From an uncultured bacterium (GTDB lineage: Bacteria > Auribacterota > Erginobacteria > Erginobacterales > Erginobacteraceae), in the NCBI GenBank assembly GCA_963822585.1, contig CAWGIE010000019.1, positions 96,001-160,000 on the forward strand: DNA of 64,000 bases. The letters run 5' to 3'. The translations under genes and the position numbers were made by a program. Each line of letters opens with the position of its first letter. Position 1 is the first letter of the stretch. This document shows positions 1-8,640 of this stretch, piece after piece. The notes below the pieces were generated by a model, which searched no databases, was not told where the DNA came from, and was given only the letters and a program-made list of their open reading frames with translations.

Positions 1-494
1 GGCAGCATGTAATCGGTGTCCGGCCGACCACGCTGAAGAAGGCCGGAAGGAGACCGGGAAACATAATCAACTGAACGATCTCCTCTCCCGGATACGCCGG
101 CGGCGGTGGAGAGGACATAATCGGCGGTTCCGGCCGGCCGGAACAGGGGGGCATCGGGTCCCTGGAAGGAAACCCAGAACACGACGGCCGCGGCTGCGGT
201 TCCCAGGGCGGCGTAATAGAGAGGGTTCAGCCTGATGAACGAACGGGCGCGGGATTTTTTTCCCGGTTCGCGCATTTTTTCCCGCAGGCGGGGCCAGAAT
301 GAATTCAGATACTCGGGGTCCGGATCGGGAGCAGCGGCCGACGGTAGTAGTATGATGAGTTTTTCCGCCCGGGCGAACGTTGCCCGGCACCGGGAGCACT
401 CTTTCAGATGAGCGGAATATTTTTCCCTGAGGTCCCCGCCGATCCGACCGCCCAGATAATCCCATACCCGCTTCTCACATTTCTTGCAGATCAT
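1..494 (-). CDS. Zinc-finger (zf-HC2/ZAS) anti-sigma factor, partial, runs off the window edge
   Basis: Manual translation from ATG 494 gives MICKKCEKRVWDYLGG...SAHLKECSRCRA...PEYLNSFWPRLREK...LYYAALGTAAAAVVFWVSF. It has an HxxxCxxC motif and one TM segment, lies directly downstream of the ECF sigma, and has no stop before base 1. It is absent from the ORF track. Confidence 0.78.
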   Translation of the reverse strand, partial: MICKKCEKRVWDYLGGRIGGDLREKYSAHLKECSRCRATFARAEKLIILLPSAAAPDPDPEYLNSFWPRLREKMREPGKKSRARSFIRLNPLYYAALGTAAAAVVFWVSFQGPDAPLFRPAGTADYVLSTAAGVSGRGDRSVDYVSRSPSGLLQRGRPDTDYML

Positions 495-594
495 GATTAC
501 CCTTAATCTTCCTTTTTAACTTTAGGCACTTTAAACTTTAGAGCACTTTAGGCACTTCAGAACGTTGCCCGAACGAAGTGAGGGCGGCGTTCTG

Positions 595-1197
595 TTATTC
601 TAGCCAGCCGGCCAATTCCTCCTGAAGATGCCGGCGCGCGTAATGCAGCCGTGAACGGACCGTCCCTTCTGAACAGGAAAGAACGCGGGCGATCTCATTA
701 TGGGGGAGTCCTTCGATATCATGCATAATCACCGCCGTTCTCTGCTTCTCGGGAAGAGTATCGATCGCTCTTCGGATATCCTCCTTCATCTCCCGGATAT
801 CCGCTTTTTCATCTCCTTTTTCACCGCCCAGCCGGGATGACAGGTAGGGGCTTCCCTCGACATCAAGTATCTGGGGCTTCAGCTCCAGATGAGTGTCTCC
901 CCGCAGTTTCTTCCGGCGGGTGATAATCGTATTAACGGCGATCCGGTAAAGCCAAGTGTAAAAACTTGACTTGAATCGAAATTTTTTAATATTCCGGAAA
1001 GTCTTTAAAAATATCTCCTGCGCCAGGTCGTCGGCATCATTGTGGTTGCCGACCATGCTGTAGGCCAGGGAATATATCTTGTGCTGATACTTTTGCACCA
1101 GTTTCCCGAAGGCGTCCTGGTCGCCTTTCCGCGCCGCGCGGACCAGGGCGAAATCTTCCTGGCTATCAATCTTCTTTTTAGACTCATCCCTGTCCAT
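595..1197 (-). CDS. ECF-family RNA polymerase sigma-70 factor
   Basis: Region 2 (DADDLAQEIFLK, FYTWLYRIAVN) and region 4 (EIARVLSCSEGTVRSRLHYAR); about 200 aa. Confidence 0.93.
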   Translation of the reverse strand: MDRDESKKKIDSQEDFALVRAARKGDQDAFGKLVQKYQHKIYSLAYSMVGNHNDADDLAQEIFLKTFRNIKKFRFKSSFYTWLYRIAVNTIITRRKKLRGDTHLELKPQILDVEGSPYLSSRLGGEKGDEKADIREMKEDIRRAIDTLPEKQRTAVIMHDIEGLPHNEIARVLSCSEGTVRSRLHYARRHLQEELAGWLE

Positions 1198-1478
1198 CGC
1201 GTTCAATCTATAAATGCGCTCATTTTTTCGCGCAATTATATGTAACCCTATTTCGCGGGAACAAATTACATATGACGAAGATTATGGGACCGGTAGAGGT
1301 CAAACACCCCACGCCGGCAACTTACTATATGTTGCTATCTTAGAAATCACCCGGGCAATTGTCAATCAGGGATCGGGGGACGGATGACCGAGGAGAAAAA
1401 AGAATCAACGTCCAACGCTCAACGTCGAACATCGAATGATAGTCGGAGGATGCTTTAATAAAAGTCCAGGAAGATGGT

Positions 1479-1718
1479 TTAAGCGCTTGGAGCTCCGAAG
1501 AAGAAGGCGGGGATAATCTCAGCGAAGGACGCGCTCACCGTCAGGGCCATGAAAAAGACGAATATTACCTCGGGATCAGACCGGCACCATCGGACGAGTG
1601 ATACCTGACTGAGCAGAATTCCAAAGATGGATAGGAGCCTGATTCCCGGGATCCAAAATAAAAACCCTCCCAGGACGGTGCCCTGAAGGGTCGCAATAAA
1701 AAAAGATGTTATCCCCAT
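1479..1718 (-). CDS. 79-aa membrane protein resembling the N-terminus of the neighbouring TctA-like permease
   Basis: GTVLGGFLFWIPGI...FVFFMALTVS...IIPAFFFGAP aligns by eye to GTLLGGFLFVVPSI...FAFFMGMVVS...TIPSMFLGAP of 3030..4418. Confidence 0.55.
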   Translation of the reverse strand: MGITSFFIATLQGTVLGGFLFWIPGIRLLSIFGILLSQVSLVRWCRSDPEVIFVFFMALTVSASFAEIIPAFFFGAPSA

Positions 1719-1772
1719 GGATATACTTCTAAATATGCGGGCCTCGATATATCGAGGCCCGCATATTTAGAA

Positions 1773-2852
1773 TCACATGTCGCCGGACATACTCTCCTGC
1801 GCTTCGTACTCCAGCTCTTCCCGGGCCAGCGCTTTCTCCATCGCCACCACACCGGCTTTCTTCTTCTGTCCTTTCTCGCCGAAGATCTTGACAATCGAGA
1901 AATAGAAAGCGAGGGGAAGAATCAGGGTATAGAGAAAGTACTGGGGGGTGGAGAGGGTGAACGCCGGGGTGGGCGCGAAACGGTTGAGGTTGAAGAGAAT
2001 GAGGATCGCCGCCGTGTAATCGACGCAGAAGTTGGCGTGAGGGTTGCTGGCCTTGAAGAGGTTGAGGCCGTTGCAGCGGGGCTTGACGAACGGCCAGAGC
2101 AGACTCCCCCCCATGTGCCCGGTCAGATCCTCGGTCAGGTGGACGGAGAAGCCAAGAAAGGCGATCAGTCCGTAGAGCCAGCCGATCTGCCAACCGGCCA
2201 GCAGAGAGGCGATCAGCCAGACCGGGACCGAGAGGAAAAGGCCCAGGACGTAGCTGTGGCTCCAGGTCCGATGCCAGGGGAGGAACTCGATCTCCATCTT
2301 TCCCTCATCATTTTTGAGAAAACCGTACATCGGACCGCTCATGATATCGACCACCGACGGACGGCCGTGGGTGATGTTGAATTCCCCCTTGATCTTGTAG
2401 CGTCCAACCCTTTTTCCGGGGGGCGGTTCCGTCCCCAGGAGCGGGACCTGGGAGGTGGTCACAATCTCGTTGATCACGATCACGACCTCGTTGGTCGCGC
2501 CGTCGAAGTTGACCACATACTGCCGCCAGAGGTCGGCCCCCAGGCGCATCGGGTACATCTGGGCCTTGACCATCCGATTGTTTTCAAAAGCGTCGTCAAG
2601 AGCTTTCCCCAGTCCTTCCGCCATCATCTGGGGATCCGGGTCCATCGGATCGGGATCGATCTCGTACTCCGACTTGGTGAAGAACTGCCCCATCTTGAAG
2701 TCCATCGTGTCGGGCATGATCCCGAAGAGGCCCCCCAGGCAAAGGATGAAGGAGGAGGCGCCGCCGATCCGGTCCGCCCCCGCCATCTTGACGGCGGGGA
2801 GGAAGAAGGAGGCCACCGCGGCGCCGGACATGAAGTGCGTCAGTCCTTTCAT
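1773..2852 (-). CDS. Membrane-bound metal-dependent hydrolase (YdjM/DUF457-like)
   Basis: N-terminal TH, PDxxD, HRTWSHS and HLTED motifs with several TM helices. Confidence 0.75.
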   Translation of the reverse strand: MKGLTHFMSGAAVASFFLPAVKMAGADRIGGASSFILCLGGLFGIMPDTMDFKMGQFFTKSEYEIDPDPMDPDPQMMAEGLGKALDDAFENNRMVKAQMYPMRLGADLWRQYVVNFDGATNEVVIVINEIVTTSQVPLLGTEPPPGKRVGRYKIKGEFNITHGRPSVVDIMSGPMYGFLKNDEGKMEIEFLPWHRTWSHSYVLGLFLSVPVWLIASLLAGWQIGWLYGLIAFLGFSVHLTEDLTGHMGGSLLWPFVKPRCNGLNLFKASNPHANFCVDYTAAILILFNLNRFAPTPAFTLSTPQYFLYTLILPLAFYFSIVKIFGEKGQKKKAGVVAMEKALAREELEYEAQESMSGDM

Positions 2853-3029
2853 TTTATTTTTTCCTCCGGAAAAAATAGTGATTATTTTTCCCTTTCGGGG
2901 AAAATAATTCGATTATAGACATGATCTGTTCGATACTGCTAACCGTAAAGTATTTCCTTTCATCATCATTTTACTTATAGCATATCGCTACTTAAAATCA
3001 CTCCTTCCCCGATCGGGGAAGGAGTGATT

Positions 3030-4418
3030 TTAAGCAAGACCCAGGAAGCCGGCCAGGGCCGGTCCGTAGCCGGACATGCTGATGCAGATGGGAACAATGA
3101 TCACCGCCATGCAGTTGGAACGGCGGCAGTGAAAAAAGATCGGGATCAGCCCCAGGCAAGTACTGACGCACATGATCCCGATCACCTGGAGCCCGCTGAT
3201 CAGAGTCGCCCCGGTGATCGTCCCTTCCAGCATCGCGGGCATGAAGAAGACCATCACCACCACGATTGCCAGGGACGCGTAGGAGAGTTTCTGGTAGGGG
3301 ACTTTGGCGATCAGCTTGATGATCCACTTCGAGTTGAAGGAGAGGAGAAGGAACGAAATACAGGAAGCCATCACCACCACCCCGAAGATAAAGACATACT
3401 CCTGCATGAGCGTCGGCTTGTAGAACGGACCGAGATTGATCGCCATCCCCCCCCGTTTCAATCCCCCCTTGAGGAAGAAGTACGAAGGGATAAAGAAGAG
3501 GAGGAACTGGCCGGTGTAATAAACCACCTTGGAGACCCCCTGGCTCATCACGAAGATCCGGTCGTCCCGCTGGGCGCAGGCATGGCCCGCGATCAACCCC
3601 CCGATCCCCCCGGTTACCCCGGGCAGGTAGGCGGCCAGAAATCCCCCGATACACCCCGGCATCCATCCCTTCCACATCGTCTTGTAGTCGATATCGATAT
3701 CGTTACCGATGTGCTGGTGGGGGATCTTCTGTTTGGAGAGGATGGCGGAGATCAGGCTGGAGACGGCGAAGAGCCCCACGAAGATCGGGAGCAGCCCCTG
3801 GAAGCCCATCTTGGCCGGGACCATCGTCCGGTTGAAGATGATAAAGCCCATGAAAGCGGAGAGGCCGAAGGTCGCCAACCCCGCGAAGAGGTTTGCCCAG
3901 GCGCCCTTCAGCTTTATCCACCAGGTCTCGCCCTTCCCGGTCCCCTTGGGCCACTCGCTCATCAGCATGTAGATGATGATCAGCCCCAGGATCCAGTGCA
4001 TGTGCGGTGCCAGGATGACGTGAAGCTTGGGGAGCCCGTAGAAGAAAAAGGGGGTGATCAGGGCCAGGAATAAGATCCCCAGCAGCCCCCCGATGCCGGT
4101 CAGCATGGACGCTTCATACCCCTTCCCCTGGAGCATGTACTTGGCTCCCGGGAGAACCACGAAGACGGCCGACTCGTCCGGCGCCCCCAGGAACATCGAG
4201 GGGATGGTATTCATGATCCCGAAGGAGACCACCATCCCCATGAAGAAGGCGAAGAGGGTCAGCGGCGCCTCCGCCGGGAAGAGCCCGTGGTAGTGACCCC
4301 AGAGAGCGATGATCACTCCGGAGAAGTTCAGAAAGTGAATCGAAGGGACGACAAAGAGGAAGCCTCCCAGGAGCGTCCCCGCCAGTCCGTATAATAATAT
4401 TACTATCCAGTGTTCCAT
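3030..4418 (-). CDS. Tripartite tricarboxylate transporter TctA-family permease (archaeal-like type)
   Basis: Polytopic 462-aa protein with IPSMFLGAPD, VLPGAKYMLQGKGYEA and LPGVTGG motifs; no tctB/tctC nearby. Confidence 0.78.
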   Translation of the reverse strand: MEHWIVILLYGLAGTLLGGFLFVVPSIHFLNFSGVIIALWGHYHGLFPAEAPLTLFAFFMGMVVSFGIMNTIPSMFLGAPDESAVFVVLPGAKYMLQGKGYEASMLTGIGGLLGILFLALITPFFFYGLPKLHVILAPHMHWILGLIIIYMLMSEWPKGTGKGETWWIKLKGAWANLFAGLATFGLSAFMGFIIFNRTMVPAKMGFQGLLPIFVGLFAVSSLISAILSKQKIPHQHIGNDIDIDYKTMWKGWMPGCIGGFLAAYLPGVTGGIGGLIAGHACAQRDDRIFVMSQGVSKVVYYTGQFLLFFIPSYFFLKGGLKRGGMAINLGPFYKPTLMQEYVFIFGVVVMASCISFLLLSFNSKWIIKLIAKVPYQKLSYASLAIVVVMVFFMPAMLEGTITGATLISGLQVIGIMCVSTCLGLIPIFFHCRRSNCMAVIIVPICISMSGYGPALAGFLGLA

Positions 4419-4438
4419 GGTCCGGTCCTCTTGTTCGA

Positions 4439-5677
4439 TTACTGTTTCTTTTCCGGTGCGATAATGGTTACGTTCTCGGGGCTGCCCGGGTTCACCTGGA
4501 GGCTGCCCCGGAACTGGGCAACCGTTCCCTTGGCATTAACCTGGGTTCCGGCGATCTTCAGCTTATGGCTGTCGGGGATCTTGTCGAAGACGCTGGAGAA
4601 GATCGGCCCGATCTCGATCTGGCCGCTGCCGTCGGAAATGGTGACGGCGCCCCCGCCCGTCTTGAAGGCTTTGAATTTAACCACCTTCCCCTCAACCTCG
4701 ACCAGTTCGCCGAGGTCGGCCATGGTGAGCTCGCTGATCTTCTTCCGGGAGATGCCCACGGCGACTTTCTCTGCCGGCTTGATATCCTCGACGGACCCGG
4801 GGATAATGGTGTAGCCTTCCATCCCGCTGATGATCACGCCGGTCACCTCGACCCCGTCTCCGGTTTTGAATTCGGGGATCTCCTCCCCCAGGTTTCTCGG
4901 GTCAAGAGAGACGATGACGTCGTTCACTCCGTCGGTAATGGTTGCCTTCCCGAATCGAGGCGGATACTTCACCATCCCGGTGATCGTGGCGGTGCTGTTG
5001 ACATTGGCTTTTTTCAGCTTGGAGATCTCGATCTTCTCGGGAGGATTTGACTCCAGGATCTTCAGCCGGTGAGGCAGGCCCAGATTGAGAGAGGTGCCGT
5101 AGACGGCATCGACCCCGATGGTTCCAACCGTCGAGATTAAATCCCCGACCTTGGGAATATTCCCGAGTTCTTTGAACTTCGGCAGGGCGCTGAAACTCCG
5201 GGCCTGGATCGATCCGCTCTTATCGGCGATAACCAGGGTGATACTGCCCTTGTCCTCATCCAGTCTGCGTCCGATCACCACCCCCTGGATGGTGACCTGG
5301 GCGTTGTTATAGGTCTCCTGGATCTCCCCGATCTGGATCTTGGCCGGCTCCATCTTGGTGGCCGCGAACCACATGATGCCCAACCCCAGAAGCGTCCCCA
5401 CGACCGCGATCCGCTTCCACATGATCAGCGACATCCTCTTTTTCAGCTCGGCGCCGCAGTAGGGGCACTTCTCGTAAGCCCCCACGAACCGGCCGCAGCT
5501 GGGGCAGAGTGTCTCTGAGGGGAATTCCGGGACGCCCTGTTCCTCGGAGATGTCCGCCTGGTCGATCGGCTTCAGCGGCGGCTCCAGTCCCGATTGCGGG
5601 CTGAACGGTTTTTCCCTTTCATAGGCTCCCTCTTCCGACTTCTTCCCCTGTCCCTCCCAAGTTTTTTCTTCCGCCAT
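4439..5677 (-). CDS. Membrane-anchored protein with an N-terminal Zn ribbon and three OB-fold domains
   Basis: CPSC...CPYC, one TM segment (IAVVGTLLGLGIMWFAA), then three units beginning IGEI..VTIQGVV, ISKL..ATITGMV and ISEL..VEVEGKV. Confidence 0.78.
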   Translation of the reverse strand: MAEEKTWEGQGKKSEEGAYEREKPFSPQSGLEPPLKPIDQADISEEQGVPEFPSETLCPSCGRFVGAYEKCPYCGAELKKRMSLIMWKRIAVVGTLLGLGIMWFAATKMEPAKIQIGEIQETYNNAQVTIQGVVIGRRLDEDKGSITLVIADKSGSIQARSFSALPKFKELGNIPKVGDLISTVGTIGVDAVYGTSLNLGLPHRLKILESNPPEKIEISKLKKANVNSTATITGMVKYPPRFGKATITDGVNDVIVSLDPRNLGEEIPEFKTGDGVEVTGVIISGMEGYTIIPGSVEDIKPAEKVAVGISRKKISELTMADLGELVEVEGKVVKFKAFKTGGGAVTISDGSGQIEIGPIFSSVFDKIPDSHKLKIAGTQVNAKGTVAQFRGSLQVNPGSPENVTIIAPEKKQ

Positions 5678-5926
5678 GATCGTTCTCCTTTTATAAATTT
5701 GCGCCGGGGGCGCAAATTTATAAGTTAATGATATTCTGCTATGATGAACAGCGATTGATAACGATTATGGGATTAGTTCGAGTCGTCCGGCAGCTATGCC
5801 GTGGTATTACTTTTTCACACCATTAATTCCAGGACAAACAGTAAAGAAGAGAAACCCATTTTACCGCCGGCAACCTACTTTAGCAACGAAATATATATAG
5901 TATAAATGAGCGCCTTCGGCGCTCAT

Positions 5927-7030
5927 TTATACTACGGTCTTCTCGCTCTTCGGGTCGAAGAAGTGCGCCTTTCTCATGTCAAAGGTGAGGTCGACGCTCT
6001 CCCCGACGCGTACGTATTCCCGGATGGCGATCCTGCCCACGAGCCGGCTCTTTCCCGCGCAGAAATACACATACATCTCGGCGCCCAGCGGCTCGACCTC
6101 CTCCACCACCGCGGACAGCCGGTTCTCCGGGCAATCGTCGGGAGCGTCCTTCCGCAGATATAGGTCCTCCGGGCGTATTCCCAGAACGATCTTTTTTCCC
6201 CCGTAGGGGGACAGAGCTTCCCCCTGCTCGGGGACGAGCCGCACCTGGAAATCGCCTTCATCGAAATGGAGGGAGCCACCTTCCTCCCCGATCTTCCCGT
6301 CGATGAAATTCATCGGAGGACTTCCGATGAAACCGGCGACAAAGCGGTCGACCGGGTGGCGATAGAGTTCTATCGGGGGGGCGACCTGATGGATAACGCC
6401 GTCTTTCAGGACCACGATCCGGTCCCCCATCGTCATGGCCTCGGTCTGATCGTGGGTGACGTAGATCATCGTCGCGTCGAGCCGGCGATGAAGTTTGCTT
6501 ATCTCGGCCCTCATCTGAACCCGGAGTTTGGCGTCCAGATTGGAGAGCGGTTCGTCAAAGAGAAAGACATCGGGGTCGCGGACGATGGCGCGGCCGACCG
6601 CCACCCGCTGGCGCTGGCCGCCCGAGAGCTGCTTCGGCTTGCGGTCGAGGAGCAGGGGAATCTCCAGAATCTCGGCCGCCGCCATAACCCGGCGCTGGAT
6701 CTCGGCGGGAGGGGTTTTGCGCAGCTTCAGACCGAAGGCCAGGTTTTCCCGGACGGTCATATGCGGATAGAGGGCGTAATTCTGGAAGACCATGGCGATA
6801 TTCCGGTCCTTGGGGGGCAGGTCGTTCACCAGGCGGTCTCCGATATAGATATCGCCTTCGGTGATGGTCTCCAAGCCGGCGATCATCCGCAGGAAAGTCG
6901 ATTTCCCGCATCCCGACGGCCCGACCAGAATCACGAATTCCCGGTCCTGAACCTCGAGGTTCGCCTGCTGGACGGCGACCACACCGCCCGGATAGACTTT
7001 CTTGACATCGACGACTCGAACCCCGGCCAT
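5927..7030 (-). CDS. Carbohydrate ABC transporter ATP-binding subunit (MalK/MsmK/UgpC family)
   Basis: GPSGCGKST, VFQNYALYPH, LSGGQRQR, DEPLSNLD and a C-terminal TOBE-like tail; no permease adjacent. Confidence 0.95.
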   Translation of the reverse strand: MAGVRVVDVKKVYPGGVVAVQQANLEVQDREFVILVGPSGCGKSTFLRMIAGLETITEGDIYIGDRLVNDLPPKDRNIAMVFQNYALYPHMTVRENLAFGLKLRKTPPAEIQRRVMAAAEILEIPLLLDRKPKQLSGGQRQRVAVGRAIVRDPDVFLFDEPLSNLDAKLRVQMRAEISKLHRRLDATMIYVTHDQTEAMTMGDRIVVLKDGVIHQVAPPIELYRHPVDRFVAGFIGSPPMNFIDGKIGEEGGSLHFDEGDFQVRLVPEQGEALSPYGGKKIVLGIRPEDLYLRKDAPDDCPENRLSAVVEEVEPLGAEMYVYFCAGKSRLVGRIAIREYVRVGESVDLTFDMRKAHFFDPKSEKTVV

Positions 7031-7074
7031 GATATTTCCTTTATTTTAATGAACCAGGGCTGACGCCCTTAGAT

Positions 7075-7290
7075 AGAGCTTACTCGAAAAGCTCGTAAGC
7101 TCTAAAATTATAATACCTAAATACTAAATCCCAAATAATATCAAATGACCAAAATCATAAATTCGAAACAATTTCCCCAGGCATCGCGATATTTGGATAT
7201 TTGGTCATTTGGATTTTGGATTTATTTAGGATTTCGATATTAGGATTTAGGATTTCTTGCTCGAAGACCTTTTCGAACAGGGCTTATTTA
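7075..7290. repeat. Inverted degenerate heptamer arrays with imperfect terminal inverted repeats
   Basis: AAAT-rich units followed by GGATTT-rich complementary units; ends GAGCTTACTCGAAAAGCTC and GACCTTTTCGAACAGGGCT. Confidence 0.55.
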
Positions 7291-7353
7291 AGCAGAACTT
7301 CTAATGCCAAACCAGTAAAAAACTAAATTAGCGCCGGAGGCGCTAATTTATTA

Positions 7354-8205
7354 TTAAAGATATAACCCGAGCTGCCGGTCCCGGGGCGCGCTCTCCCCGC
7401 CCCTGGACTCGCGGGGTGGTTCATCAGCGACCTCCACCACGTCGCTGATCCGGTCGGGATACGTCAGCCGCACCCGGACCCTTTTTTTCCCCGCTTTCCA
7501 GAGGCATTCCGTCACCACCCGGCAGGCCGCCTCCGGACGGTTACAATCCCGGCTGAGATGGGCCAGAAAGACATCGGTGAGGGAATCGTCGGTCTCCCGG
7601 GCCAGAAGCTCCCCCGCGTCTTCATTGGAGAGATGCCCCTGGCTGCTTTTGATTCTCTGTTTCAGGCTCCAGGGACGATCCCCGTTCATCAACAGGGCCG
7701 GGTCGTGATTCGCTTCCAGGATGACCACCCGGGAACCCCGCAGCCGTTCCCTGACCAGGCGGGTGGGGGTGCCCAGATCGGTAACCACGGTCACCGCGTG
7801 CGGGCCATGCCTGATCACGAAGCCGACCGGGTCCTGCGCGTCATGGAAAACCGAGAAAGGAAGGACGGTCAGGTCGCCGATATCCCAGGATTGACCATTG
7901 GTAAATATCTTCACGGCCGCGGCTTTGACGAGCAGTGAGGCGGCGGCATCCGCCGTGGCCCGGTTCAGATAAACCGGCCGGGCGTATCTACCGGCCAGTA
8001 CCGGCAGTCCCCGGACGTGGTCGGTATGCTCGTGACCGATCAGGATGGCGTCTATCTCTTCCACGGCCAAGCCCAGCTGGGCCAGCCGGCGAATGGTATC
8101 CCGTCCGCTGATTCCGGCATCGATAAGAATTCTGGTGGAGGACGTCGAGATCAGGGAGCAGTTGCCCTGGCTCCCGCTGGCCAGAACGCAAACTTTCAGC
8201 GACAT
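7354..8205 (-). CDS. MBL-fold metallo-hydrolase (YycJ/WalJ-like)
   Basis: LASGSQGN, HEHTDH, HDA, LEANHD, GHLSN and HLS motifs. Confidence 0.9.
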   Translation of the reverse strand: MSLKVCVLASGSQGNCSLISTSSTRILIDAGISGRDTIRRLAQLGLAVEEIDAILIGHEHTDHVRGLPVLAGRYARPVYLNRATADAAASLLVKAAAVKIFTNGQSWDIGDLTVLPFSVFHDAQDPVGFVIRHGPHAVTVVTDLGTPTRLVRERLRGSRVVILEANHDPALLMNGDRPWSLKQRIKSSQGHLSNEDAGELLARETDDSLTDVFLAHLSRDCNRPEAACRVVTECLWKAGKKRVRVRLTYPDRISDVVEVADEPPRESRGGESAPRDRQLGLYL

Positions 8206-8277
8206 GGGAGTTCTCCTTTCAATATGGAAATAATAGAATACATCTTCTGGAGAAGCAAGGCAACATGAAGGTCCTCG

Positions 8278-8385
8278 TGGAGTGATGGAATGTTGGAGTG
8301 ATGGAGTATTGGGATGCCGCGAATCGGCGGACGGTTTTCCATCACTCCATTACCCCATTACTCCAGTACTCCATCACTCCACTCT
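8278..8385. repeat. Inverted octamer arrays (TGGAGTGA/TCACTCCA); a second copy lies at about 16635-16735
   Basis: GGAGTGATGGAATGTTGGAGTGATGGAGTATTGG followed by TCACTCCATTACCCCATTACTCCAGTACTCCATCACTCC. Confidence 0.75.
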
Positions 8386-8520
8386 TCTCATTCCGTCTCG
8401 TTGGTACGGAAGCCGACGTTGCTCTTGTGGACGCGACTCGGGGTTATGTAACCCGGAACTTGACTTTCGTCATCCGCCGTGGATATATTATTATGTTCCT
8501 GTTTCGGAATTTCAATAAAT

Positions 8521-8573
8521 CGGGCCGACATAGCGGTCGGCCCCTACGTAGGGGAGGGCCGCCGTGCCCTCCC
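8521..8573. repeat. Back-to-back pair of GTAG-type REP-like hairpins
   Basis: CGGGCCGACATAGCGGTCGGCCCCTAC directly followed by GTAGGGGAGGGCCGCCGTGCCCTCCC. Confidence 0.65.
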
Positions 8574-8640
8574 TCAGTTGCGAAGCTAAGTTCTCGTAGT
8601 AGTTTCTCAACGCTCAACAAACTCACGGATCTCTTATCTC

